A stretch of DNA of 64,000 nt from Bugula neritina (lineage: Eukaryota > Animalia > Bryozoa), in the NCBI GenBank assembly GCA_964035545.1, contig OZ037767.1:30706628-30770627 (forward strand). The letters are read 5' to 3'. The notes beneath the pieces are model-generated. The model was not told where the DNA came from. It made no database searches and saw nothing but the letters and a program-made list of their open reading frames with translations. Below are positions 49,566-62,342 of this stretch, in pieces (the stretch's first letter is position 1; each line of letters starts with the position of its first letter). A program made the position numbers and the translations under genes.

Positions 49566-52273
49566 ATGTTCCCTTCTAGTTTTGCGAATGATCCATTTTT
49601 CAAGTGAGTGTTTAACTTTTGCATAACTTCAACTCGAACTTGAACGCAAAGTGAAAGTGGAAGTCAAACTTTAGATTTTAGTTAACTTTTGTCTTTTAGT
49701 GTTACTTCAAGTTTCAGTCTGAGTTTGTAAAAGCTAAATTACTAACATGATCACGGATACAATAAGTTTTGATCTTTTTATTGAAAGATTAATCACGCAC
49801 AAAGCCAAAACATCGATGATAATCAACATCATAATGATTAAAGTTTAAATGGTAGTCATACTCAAAGTGATACTGATACTCGTAGTCTTACTCATAATCA
49901 TTCTCTTAGACGTCACAGTCACACTGATTTAAGTGATCATGATTAAAATTGTCAATTAATACTATGATTTTTTGCAATTAGTATTTGATGGGATTCATTT
50001 TCATTTTGTAATTTGTAATTTGATTTAATAAATATATTTAAAATTATATAGCTATATCAGCTGGCTATCGAACTGGATAATAAATCGACAGTTACAGTTA
50101 AAATTTGTATAAACTTTAAAAATTTTATGAAACTTTGAGATGAAAGGTAATAGAACTTTAACGTTGGTTCTCAAAGTAGTGATTGTTGGGAAAGTTATAG
50201 GTTTCTAGCAGTAATTGAAGCTTTAGCTCAATATCAGTTTGGTTATGGTTTAGGATAGGTTTAAAAGGATTTTTTTTCAATATAAGGGTAATCATTTTAA
50301 TAAAAGATTACCAAATTGTTTTCTATGATCATGCTCACATAGTAGTGTTACTTTCAAATAAACTCTGAAGAGTAAATGCTATGTTAAGGTTACTAGTTAC
50401 TAGTATACTAATGGTGTACTCTACTACACAGTGTGTTTCTCTTACTATGGAAATTAAGGGTCATTTTGTGCAAAACCTAGTCAGTATTGAATCTTTAACT
50501 TTTTATATTGTAACTAAGCATGTGTTCTTTGCATTAAAAGACTAATTGGCATTCCATGTAAAAAATTATTTCTGCATTTAATGCAGAATAACTGAGACCT
50601 TATAATTGTCGTGAAATTATATTTATATAATCACTAAACTACAACTTGTGAATTTTAAACTTTTTATGTTTGGCCCATAGGATAATTGGTTATAAGTTAA
50701 ATTGTGATAGTTATCATTACTTTGGTAGTGAATACTTTATCTTGAATATAAATTTTATTAAATGCTCTTCTAGATGGTAAATACTAAAACTGGTGTAGAT
50801 TTTTATAGCCTGTAAAGGCTCTTATATTTTTACTTGGTTTCAGAGATCATGGCTTTCCAGATTCCGGCAGTCTGGTTTCACGAACACGTCAAGAGGAAGT
50901 TGGTCAGCTCTTTCCTTTTCCCAACTTTAACGAAACGCTCGCCAATATGGAAAGAAGTTTTGGTGAAATGCGACGATTCATGGAAGACAACATGACTCAT
51001 GGGATGCAAATGGTATGACTAATACAATTACTCATACCATTCATATTTGTAATGTAGTATATCATGTATATAATATAGTATATCATGCATATAATGTACT
51101 ATATCATTTATATAATATACTATATCTTGTATATAATATACTGTACCATGTGTAGAGTACATCTGATGGAAACGGACAATCATTCTACCAGTCCTCCTCT
51201 GTCTACAGCTACAGGAAAGATAAAGATGGCCGACCCGAGGTCTACGAGGCTCACCAGTCTAACAGACACGCTCCAGGAGGGGTGCGTTCTTCAACTAAGC
51301 TCTCTGCTCCTGTTGAACAAATTCTCTGTCAAAGTTTACACCTTCTTTATAAATTAAAAGTTCCTGTGTGGAGCTCATAAACTCAACTTGTAGTTGTTTT
51401 TATTTCACTCTCTGGACATAGATTTGCACTGCATGTTTATGCAAAGCTACTGAGGTTGAACTAACACAAAATATTTATATTTATAGCTTAAGATCTACAC
51501 AGCTTCCTCTCTTATTTTGTCACTCTACTAAATTCTGCTCAGGTACGTGAAGAGCGTAAAGCTCTGCGTGATTCTAGGAAAAAGGTGGAGAAAATGGCGG
51601 TTGGCCGACATATTGGAGAGCGTGGTCATGTGATCGAGAAGTCTCGGGACATGGACACTCAGCATGTGACTCAGCATCAGAATCTGATTGGACTGCGAGA
51701 AGGTTAGCATACGACAGCTCATCTGCTGCAGATATCAGCTCATCTGCTGCAGATATCAGCTGTTCTCCTATCAATTTTTTTATCTTGTTACTCAACTCAT
51801 CTATGCAACCCTAGGTTTTTAGTCTAAAGGGAGAGTTTTGTCTTGTCTGTTGTGAAAAAAAAAAAACTTTGTTCTAGTTTTCAAATTAAAACTTTTTATA
51901 AAAAAAATGTGTGCATCATTATGATAAACTAACAAGTTATAGCATTTGCTATCTGCTAAGGCATGTAAATAGTACATAAAATATGCCTGAACAGTTTCTT
52001 GTATCTGTGTATGTAGACTTGTAAATATATAACACTTTTATGCTGATTGGATGAAGTTAAGGAACTGTAGTATTAGTAGAGCAGTGGTGCGAGAGCTGTA
52101 AATGTATGCTCCTTGTTGCAGACGATGTAGACGCCTACCACCGCGAGTGGCAAGAAAAGACCCAGGACTGGCACAGACCGGGAAGAGGTCTTGCAGGAAA
52201 TGATGGCCGTTCCGACCAGAGGGCTCTGGGTTATAAACCTGAAAAACATGTTTCAAGAAGAAGCAAGTTCTAA
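49566..52273 (+). CDS. MLF: Myeloid leukemia factor family protein, about 214 aa
   Basis: Exons 49566-49603, 50844-51012, 51156-51281, 51543-51702, 52122-52273 (645 nt). N-terminal DPFF; SFYQSSSVYSY...GRPEVYEA...APGGVREERKALRDS...EKMAVGRHIGERGHVIEKSRD is the MLF core. Confidence 0.92.
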
Positions 52274-52987
52274 ATTCACTCTGAGTTTGATATGTTGTCA
52301 TAGCTACTAGTTACTAGTGGACATATAGTGTGTATTACCAAATATATTATTTGCTATTACAATAATAAGTTTCAGTGAATTGTTTTTGTGCAAGAATTAT
52401 GATGACTAGTTATTTCCCATTCCAGTATTAGCAATTCCTTATCATGGCTTCTATTGTTACAAATTATGGTATCGGAATAGTATGATGTAGTAGAATCAAT
52501 AAAGGGCGAATTAAAGCAAATACTTATTTTATTGTGTTATATAGACATATAACCCAACGAATAAAATCTACTAAATTTCACATACTAGAAGCTTAAAAAT
52601 TTGCTGCCCATCTCGGCTTAGTCTGATATCAAAGAGGGTGTATTGGGAGCCATCATGGGCGTAGTTGTCATGACGCACTTGTTTTTATTGATAAGAAAAT
52701 TTAGAAATAACAAAGTAGAAGATAAGAATGGATCCATTATATTCCTACAAATACTATTCATCATGTCTCTTGTATTACTAATAAATGCATTAGGAGTCTG
52801 CTAATGAAATAATTACATAGAAAAAACTTGACAAAATATGAATACGAATTCAGTATGCAAACATTGGAGAACAGTTGAAGATAATGCAAACTGCTTCACA
52901 ACTTAGAAAGCTGGGCTATAGAGAAGCTGGGCATACATAAGCTTTTATTCCAACAGAAGCATGAATATAGCATACTAGAGAGTCAAA

Positions 52988-55278
52988 ATGTCCTCATCAA
53001 ATTCGAAAAAGTTAAACATGTCCAACTCTGTAGCTGGAATGGAACTTAAAAAGAAACTGCATGCTCTTTCGTCTGAGCACCATCGGCAGCTAGTTTCACT
53101 TCATAGGGACAAGTTGGAGTTACGCTACTTTATTAGAAATCTAAGAAAGTGTGATTCTGACCAGCACCCAAATGCGCTGAGGTAGGTAAACTAAACTTAG
53201 GTCTGGACACACAAGTAATAGAAGGCTGTAAGTTAATTACTGAAAATTTATGTGAAAAGCCCTCCCGGAAATGTTGTGCAATAAATGATGCAGACTCTAT
53301 TTGGTGATCTTCTAATCACAATTTATGGCTTGTTGGAGCCTGAAGGGTTTACAGCAATTGCAAATGAAACTCTCCAAATTTTACACCATGGTTAGCATTC
53401 TGCAATATAATTATTGATGCTACATCTACATTCCTTTGCAATAAACTCCTCAACAAGTATTTTAACATTTAAGAGAATGCGCTAAAGATTTCACAGAGAG
53501 TTATCATATCAAAGACACCAATTTGACTTTTATGAATTCTTTCGTTATAATTTTATTAGGTGCGAAGTCTAAATTTTATAACTACTCTTGCTAAGTTATA
53601 CTTGGAAATATTTTACAGAAATATACGCACAACCTGAGCCTAGTCTTATAGGCCAATAGACTGTGATTCAAACTGCACACCATATTTTACTTTACGATGG
53701 TTTCTCCCAATATTATTTTATCAAAGAAATTGCAAAAATGTTGCAATAACTTTCCAACAAATAAATTCTAGTTTGCTAGAAGGTTGATGCAAAAGCTGCT
53801 TCAAATTACTTTGCCTAAAAAAAAAAATTATTTTTTATCAGCAAAAAAGTGGTGTGTGTCTATACCCCCCTCACCCATCCCTACTCGCCCAAACGAGTGC
53901 CACTCAAATGCCGCTTCCTAATTTTAAGCAAAAACTGAACTCCAATTGCTACTAATTAAACCCTTATACAAGTTTTTCCTAGGCACAAAAGATTTCCCAG
54001 GAAACCAACAGGGTGAGTGATAACTCCCATTTGTTGTTGGCTTCAATTGCTCAATGTCAAATGCTAAATATTTATGTTTATTTAGAAATTATGTTTCCAG
54101 ATATCTGCAAGTGAAGAAATCCAGTATTAGTCCCAGAATTGATATGTTGCCGGCAATACAAGGTGCAAACTCTAATCCATATTTCTCAAACTCCAAACAG
54201 AGGTCCATTAGAAACAAGGTAAGTGGGAGGAGGATATTCATTGCTAGCTATTATGTAACAGTTGAAATTAACTTTCTAAATGTGTTTTGTGTTTTTGAAA
54301 AGTTAAGGCTAATAAACAATATTTTGTACACTCTTACTGAGAATGTAACGATGAAATGAAGGTGTCAACTATCAGGTACTGCTGCTTATTTTTATATTTA
54401 TGCTTCAGATATTATGTTGTATAAAAACATCTCGCATAATTATCTCCATATCCAGCTGTGAGTGATTAATACAAGAGAGATGCTTAAAGCTTCTTATTTT
54501 AGAGTTGTCCTTTCCTTATTGCAATACTGTATGAAGGTAGACACCAAAAGCCTTTAGCTTGATGTAGTGCATATGATCTCAACTTAGTGGCATGCGTCCT
54601 ATGCAATTTAATGCATTAATGTGTTGAATCATAGCCCAAGAATGTGGCCTGTTGATGAAAACTTATTCATTCAACGCACTATTCTGTCAACTTGTGAGAT
54701 GACAACACCTTAGCTCCCCCTAGACACACTTTGCCGCACCGTATGCTGTAACGTAAAATGTCGGCAATTTTTAATGTCCCCGGGCTGAATTTTTTGAAGT
54801 GCGCTATTCGGTGCGATCTACAACACCTCATTGGACATGCATATCCAATGAATTGACGCAAACATCTTTCTGTCCAATAGGAGCCTGCCGCAACTTTTTG
54901 AATCAAGCACTGCTTGATCCTGATGTATCGCAATGCCGTACAGGAAGCTCGGACATTTATAAAAATGGCTGATATTTTACGTTGCGGCAAGGTGTGTCTA
55001 GGGGGTAAAACTGCAACGCGTTGTAGATTACCAGGGATCTTAAAGTGTCACTGGGTGTCCCTAGAACACTTCCTACTATTAGAAGAGAGAGAAGTCTGGT
55101 GACCTTCAGTGCATCAAGTCCTGTCTTTACTAGAAAAAAAGAACCCAAGAGATTTGTTTTTGAAGAAAGAGTAGTTAGTTCTTTGGAAGAAGAGGCAAGA
55201 AACCATTTGCGTTGGGTTGAGATGAATAGAACCGATGATGGTTCACCTCAAAGATTGACAAAATCTGATGTGTTTTAA
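52988..55278 (+). CDS. Uncharacterised basic protein, 197 aa
   Basis: Exons 52988-53181, 53983-54012, 54101-54218, 55027-55278 join in frame (594 nt) with canonical sites; AATAAA at about 55341. No family recognised. Confidence 0.7.
54716..55005. mobile_element. MITE, about 290 bp, with long imperfect TIRs (PIF/Harbinger-like by appearance)
   Basis: Left end CCCCCTAGACACACTTTGCCGCA...ACGTAAAATGTCGGCAATTTTTAATGTCCCGGGCT; right-end reverse complement CCCCCTAGACACACCTTGCCGCAACGTAAAATATCAGCCATTTTTATAAATGTCCGAGCT. TTA/TAA near the flanks, exact TSD ambiguous. Confidence 0.8.
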
Positions 55279-56144
55279 ACAAAAAAAGATTATAACATTT
55301 GAGGTCTTATTATTTCATTACGTTTAAATGTAACAAGTAGAATAAATAAAATAATATAATAAAATACATATAATATATATATATACTGACTGCAATCAAT
55401 GTCTACGTTGAGATACATGTATAAAATCCAATATATTAAATTATTTCACATGCACTGAACTAGTAAAATAAATTGTCGAGATAATCTTTGCACAGAAATG
55501 AAAATGTAAAAACTTTGTCTGGCACCAAAAAAGGACATCTATATTTAAATTTCATGACAAAAAGACTTCAACAGAAATGCAGAGGACTGCCTATAGATTA
55601 TGCATAACATTTCGGACATTTAGTGAAGGTAGATAACTCCTAGTTGCTAGCATTACATACATGTAACTATTTAGCTTCAAAACTTTTAAAGCTTTAAAAC
55701 TCAATTAGGTAGCAAGGTTTTAGGCAGAATTGAGCACAACTGTCAAAATACTGACACCGTTAACAGGTGCTAGTTGTTGAAGCAATGTGACTCAACATTC
55801 CTGCAAACTGGGAAACACATCCGGTTGCAATAAAGAAGATAATTCTGATAAAATTGCACATTTTGATTTCCAAATGATAAGGTAAAAAGTTAACATGAAA
55901 ACAGAAGAGAAGTTTAATGCGATGCGATAGAGTCACATATACACAAACATAGCAGGTGAAATCACATCTCAACTGAAAGGTGGACACAACTTCTGACGGT
56001 AGGAGAATATTGGTCAACCACCGACACCAACGTTGCTGTTTTATATAGCTGCTGCACCTGGTTAAACTACATCACCAGACCGCCTCAACTTCAGTCCACT
56101 AGAATTCAAACAGCATGACTACACCATAGCAACAGCACATGTGA

Positions 56145-59100
56145 CTAGACCATAGTAACAGTCCGTGCCACTTCGGTCTTTTCATTGGTGTCAATGTCGG
56201 TGGTGATGGTTGCTATGGAAACCGTCTGACCGAGATCTCCGGTGCCGCAGAACTCTTTTAGACTGAGGACCTGTGCCCCTAGAAGAAGATATAAACAGAG
56301 GATGTTACCTCATGCAATGTGCACTGTAGAATGGAGTAAATGCAAATAGGTGGCCTTGTTAGTTTCACTACAAGATGTAGGAATACATACATTAGTTATA
56401 TGTTTAGGAAAATATTTTATGTGTCGACATTTTCTGAATTTTAAATACAGTCAAAAATCTTGAGAGAAAAAAATCATCAACACTCAGCTACATGTTTTCT
56501 ACAAACACCCAACACTCACCTATGTTCTGTAGAGCTCACCAACACTCACCTATGTTCTGTATAGCTCACCTAACACTCACCTATGTTCTGTATAGCTCAC
56601 CTAACACTCACCTATGTTCTGTAGAGCCCACCTAACACTCACCTATGTTCTGTAGAGCCCACCTAACACTCACCTACGTTCTCCATAGCAGACCGGACAC
56701 CCATGTGTAATTTGTGAGAGTAGCTCCGCCCAGTTTCTTTGATTGACTGCAGTGATTGGCTCGTAGATTCTTTTATAGTCTGCATCTTCTTATTCATTCT
56801 CATTTTCCTTCTCTCCATGTTCTCCTTCATCTACAATGCATTTTGGGTAACAGTGTATTTTGAGGGACACTGTGCAGGGAGGGATAGCATACAATTTGAA
56901 AGATGATATCATTTAATTTAATGTATTGGTAGAGAAACAAGTCTACAATGTACATTATATACTTCAAGGATTTTAAAAACTAACAACTAACTAACAAAGC
57001 TAGCCAGCACAGTGCATGAATTGTAATAGCTTAGGGCCCTTTGATTGACCTGGCCGTTGCTTACATAAGCTTAGTAGTGAGATTCCCTGGCTAGGCTATT
57101 TATAGCTATTTTAGAGCTGTATAGACATATCAAGACAACAAGTTTAGTCGGTCGGTTACAGTAGTTCATCTAAAAACTTGAAGATTAGTTCAATTCTCAA
57201 GTATGAAAAAATATTAATTGTTAAACTGTATATAGCTACACCATTAAGGAGGTAAAAGGTAATAATATTATGTTTATTATTTACAGCCAAGTATTTATTA
57301 GTAGAATCAGGAATGAAACCCTTTGCTCTCATGGTAGCAGAGAACATAAGGTAAGTGCTTGTCAGCAATATAATATATATACTAGCAACTTGGCTGGCAC
57401 TTTTAACATAAAAGAAGTGAACTTGTAATTAAAACATTTGAGAAAGAACAAAGCTGATTATGACTTTGTGGTGCTAGACAGAAATCACACTGAGTTATGT
57501 AATCAGGTGCCAGACAAGCAGATATTAGACAGCTTTTCATTCACACATGAATAGCTTCACACTTTATAGACTGTCACTGGTTTCATATAGTTTCATGTAG
57601 ACAGTATATACTGTACACTATATAGTATATACCATAACATACTTACTTCTTGTATATACTTACATGCTTGTATACTTACATCATTGCATACTTACATGCT
57701 TGTATATACTTACTTCTTGTATATACTTACATGCTTGTATACTTACATCATTGCATACTTACATGCTTGTATATACTTACTTCTTGTATATACTTACATA
57801 CCCTTCTCACATACACAGCTCAAGAAATCCAACTTAACTCTACCCCCTAACGTTAGATTCGCACAGAGAAATGTGACTAAACCAATCACAAGGCTTACTA
57901 TATGTGGACTATATGGCGTAGGAATATCCTTAATATACTACATGGCGTAGGAATATCCTTAATATACTACATGGCGTAGGAATATCTTTAATATACTACA
58001 TGGCGAAGGAATATCCTTGATATACTACATGGCGTAGGAATATCCTTAATATACTACATGGCGTAGGAATATCTTTAATATACTACATGGCGAAGGAATA
58101 TCCTTAATATACTACATGGCGTAGGAATATCCTTAATATACTACATGGCGTAGAAACATCAGGAAACTCACCCTGGCACTTCTCTTCTCCATGTGAATAC
58201 GCAGCCTCTCTTTCATAACATCAATTTGTTCAACTCTCAGCTTTAGCCTCACTCTCACACCCTCCAGTGTCTCTAGAGTTTTACCTGTGAACAGAAGAAC
58301 TTAACAAGGTAGAGCACAACTCCAAGTAGCCTGCTGTTCACAACAACCCTTACAGTCCTTGAGGTTGCAGTTTAGACTGAGTACTCACTGTGTGAGCGGT
58401 GAGTAGGAGACCCCCTAGGGCTACCCTGTGAGGAGCCCAACTTCTTAGGACTCGTATCAAAGCTCTCTACTACAAAGTCATCAGGGAACTGGCGGAAGTA
58501 GTCGTCCCACTCCTCAGCAGTGAGTACCGTGTTCTCATTGATCTCTCCGTGGTACGGGTGAGAAGACAAGGAGGGCTCACTTGAGCTTCCCGCCAACAGC
58601 TCGTCAGCCTACGAGTTAGTTTATTATATTATACAATACATATAGTTGTCTGCATGTTACAAGGTGTGTACGTCTGCATGTTACAAGGTGTGTACGTCTG
58701 CATGTTACAAGGTGTGTACGTCTGCATGTTACAAGGTGTGTACGTCTGCATGTTACAAGGTGTGTACGTCTGTATGTTACAAGGTGTGTACGTCTGTATG
58801 TTACAAGGTGTGTACGTCTGCATGTTACAAGGTGTGTACGTCTGTATGTTACAAGGTGTGTACGTCTGTACGTTACAAGGTGTGTACGTCTGCACGTTAC
58901 AAGGTGTGTACGTCTGCATGTTACAAGGTGTGTACGTCTGTACGTTACAAGGTATGTACGTCTGTACGTTACAAGGTGTGTACGTCTGCATGTTACAAGG
59001 TGTGTACGTCTGTATGTTACAAGGTGTGTACGTCTGTACGTTACAAGGTGTGTACGTCTGTACGTTACAAGGTGTGTACGTCTGCATGTTGTACTTGATA

Positions 59101-61654
59101 CTTACTTCATGAGGCTCAGCGTTGCTATGGTTAGCATTTCTCTCTATACAGGCATTGGCAGCAGCATCGGTAGCAGCAGCAACACCGAGGTGGCACCTCA
59201 TCCATGCCCCATCATAGTACTTGAGAGTCATGGAGGAGCAGCACGAGCATCTTTCTATACAAGCAGTGACACTGCATCCAATGATACCTTCAACACGTAC
59301 ATAATATGGAAGTTATGTGAGGTAATATAGAAGTCTAAAGAGGTAATATAGGAGTTATATGTGGTGATATAAGAGTTATATGAGGTAATAGATACGTTAT
59401 ATGTGCACTAAGCTAATCTATTTCCCACTACTGATAAAAAAGCTCACTCATTGTACAGTAATAGGTATTGAGTTAAGAAGTGCAGCAGAAATACACTTTA
59501 GGTATGGGGGGGGAGTTAAACTAGAACACAGAAGCCTATTTTACGCAAAGACTAAAGTTGAAGATTGGTAAACAAATGAACTATTATCATGTGACCTGTG
59601 TAATCAATAAATATACTCCACTTGATAAAGTAACTCGTGTCCAGTGTACAACTTATGCAGGGGTAGCAGTTAGTCTGATGATAACATAAATGGTCTTTGA
59701 AAGATGTAGAAAGTTAAATGTATTTAGTTAGCAAATTTTCTAGCTGTATATAGTCTTTTTCTACCCACTACACTACCCCTACTGTATTACTGTAGCAGCA
59801 ATTTGAGTTAGCCAAATTCGTACCTGAGTACAACTCACACTTACAAAATGCTTTACAAACAAACATTAGCGATGCCTCACCTATTAGTGTAGCTACTGAA
59901 ACGGTTGCTATGGCAATGAGAAAGGAAGTGTAGTAGTATTCATCCACAAATGACACCAAAGAGACATCAAAAGAAGCAACTGCTTCCCCACCAGGGTTCA
60001 TTGCAATGCACTTGTAGATGCCAGAAGAGATGAGGTGGAGTGAGTTGATCTGTAGTTCTGAATATTCCGGAAGGGTCCTGAATCATAATACACTTTAAAA
60101 CTAACTTTTCTCTGCTTAGGTTTCAGATATGAGTTTGTAATTTCATCAGTCACACAGAATAATGGTTCTTGGAGACAGAAATCTGTGAGCAATTGAGAAC
60201 AAATTGGCAATACTGAACCTACATTGACATTCTTCAGTTGGCATTTTCAAACAAGAAACAAAAGGTTCGAGTTTGTATGGATAAAGCATTTTTATTGGTG
60301 GGAGACTTACGTCACAGAAAACTCAACAATATCACCAGTAGCTGTAACTCTGTATGATTTCTTTGGAGAGGTCTTGTTGATGGAGCCGTCAAGCCATTGG
60401 TTCTGATATGGATCACTGAGGTGGTCTTTGAGGGGCGTCTCCCACACGATGGATGGTTGAGGAGAGCCAGTTGTGTTACATTTCAATACCACCTGAACAC
60501 AAAATGTTAACGTCTTAAATTTTAACCTTCTTGAGACATACACTTCAAATGAGTCAAACTCTACACACACTATAAGTATAGGCAGACTTTTGATTTCCTA
60601 AAAATGAGACAATATTTTTATTTAAATTAATTGCATTTTGAATACTTAGACAGCACAATATTAGGCAAAACACTGATTATTAAATGAAGTATAAAATGTT
60701 ATGTATTGCAATAGCAACAAGACCAACCTGGTTGGCATGCAAATGGTCTTTACTAGCATCAGCTATGCTCACAGTTGGACTGGTGCAGTTTAATTGCCCT
60801 AAGGGTACATCCAGCAGCTTTTGTTGGTGATAACCATCAGGATAATGACATCTGATAGAATTTGAATCTTGTATTTTTATGTGTTCTAGCTCATCCAATA
60901 TTGCAGTTTTCAACCACAATGCACCGCAATTGCAGTTCAATGGATTGTTAGCCAGCGATAGGTTTGTTAAAACAGTCTTATTATTGGAATCAAATAAATC
61001 TTCATGAATGGTTACCATAAGATTACTTTGCAAGTTTATAAACCTTACATGAGAGATGTAGTTGAATGCACTGGGCAAAATGTGAGAGATCTCATTGTTA
61101 GACAGGTCCAAGTATTTAAGTTTATATAATTTCTTGAATATACCAGAAGGCAGCAGCTGCAATCGGTTATGACTTAAAACGAGAGTCTCCACGTCAGTCG
61201 TGTTCCAGAAAATGGTTTCTGGCAGCTGATTGATTAAATTGTGTCCCAAGTTTAATGTAGTTAAGTGTGTAAGGTTGCTAAAAAGATGTGAAGGTATTTC
61301 CTCTAAATCATTGTGATGTATATTTAAAACCTCTAGATACGGTAGTATATTAAAAGAATTTTCAGCAATTATTGCTATTCGGCAGTCAGTTAGCATTAAT
61401 GTAGTCAGATTTGAAAACTTCTTGAAATGTGACTCTGTTAATTTTCTTACAATAAAGTTATTTATTGAAATATTCACTACAGTGCCTGGCACTGTTTGTA
61501 GTGAAGAGCTATTTAACCTGTAGCCATTAGAACAATCTAATGCTTCATTTGTGCACGTACAGTAGGATGGGCATAGAAAAGCACTCCTTGTTGAGGCAAA
61601 AGTTGAAAAAATTGACAGAAAGAGAAAAACCAGTTTGACAGTTGTAACAGGCAT
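56145..61654 (-). CDS. LRR-Ig (LIG family) single-pass membrane protein with C-terminal PDZ-binding motif, about 703 aa
   Basis: Exons 61654-60728, 60492-60311, 60077-59881, 59287-59106, 58608-58389, 58284-58172, 56830-56674, 56278-56145 (2112 nt, in phase). Signal peptide, LRRNT CPSYCTC, about 7 LRRs, LRRCT NPLNCNC, Ig (VVLKCNTTGSPQPSIVW...SGIYKCIAMNPGG), TM, tail ending RTVTMV*. Confidence 0.9.
56508..56683 (-). repeat. About 32-bp minisatellite copying the LIG exon end plus donor
   Basis: Minus-strand unit AGAACATAG|GTGAGTGTTAGGTG(G/A)GCT(C/A)TAC; about 5 extra copies of the true junction AGAACGTAG|GTGAGT. Confidence 0.9.
57638..57800. repeat. Compound minisatellite built from tacttac units
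   Basis: Units tatacttacatgcttg and tatacttacttcttgta; reads GTAAGTA on the LIG sense strand. Confidence 0.85.
57908..58153. repeat. 29-bp minisatellite, about 8 copies
   Basis: Unit ctacatggcgtaggaatatccttaatata. Confidence 0.93.
58647..59090. repeat. 24-bp minisatellite, about 18 copies, filling a LIG intron
   Basis: Unit gtctgcatgttacaaggtgtgtac; explains the CYKVCTSA and QTYTPCN pseudo-ORFs. Confidence 0.96.
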
Positions 61655-62245
61655 TCTGAAAGAAGATGTGTTGATTTTACGGCTCTTGCATCACAGAGGT
61701 ACGATTGGCACAGTTTTAAAGCATACCTTGCCACATATCCTACAAAAAAACACTGACATTAAGCTTAAAAAATAATTTTATAGCCTGCATGAATTTTTGT
61801 GAGTTCAATTTACAAAATTTTTAAATGCAGATTTTGTAGCGTTTGTCAGAATGAGTTTGCAACAGTCATAATTTAATTTTACAAACGATAACATGCAAAT
61901 ACCACAATTATTCTACATAAACCAGCTTTTTTTCTCAACAGTTGCTTATCTTCACTATTTTCTTTTTTTATTTCAGAATAGCACAGCTTAACTATGCGAT
62001 TCTGCTTGAATATACACCAGTGAACAACTGAGCGTGACAACTTTTTCATTATGTTATAGTACCATAGTCATCATATTTTTAGTGATTCTTGAACAAGCGC
62101 CATAATCATACTTGAAATCGTTATATTGAATGAATATACATATGGCAATAGTATTTAATAAATAAGCAGCACCATAATATGGGAATTTGAAACTAAAAGT
62201 TAACAATAAACTTGTAGTTCTAATTATTTTGATTTCAGCCAGTAA

Positions 62246-62342
62246 ACCAACCAACCAATTAATCAATCAACCAATAAATCAATCAACCAACCAACCAATA
62301 AATCAATCAATCAACTTATAAATCAATCAATCAACCAATCAT
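62246..62342. repeat. (AATC/AACC)n tract upstream of the LIG coding region
   Basis: Degenerate tetranucleotide run containing several CCAAT. Confidence 0.8.

Noticed and set aside
58629-59112. Cys-rich repeat ORFs (CYKVCTSA, QTYTPCN) resembling metallothionein or keratin-associated proteins
   Set aside because: A 24-bp intronic minisatellite open in several frames; bounded by a good donor (59105) and acceptor (58609) of the LIG gene.
59998-60210. 70-aa ORF and acceptor at about 60183 as a LIG exon
   Set aside because: In the required phase it hits a stop; the acceptor at 60078 gives the correct Ig strand (SGIYKC) in frame.
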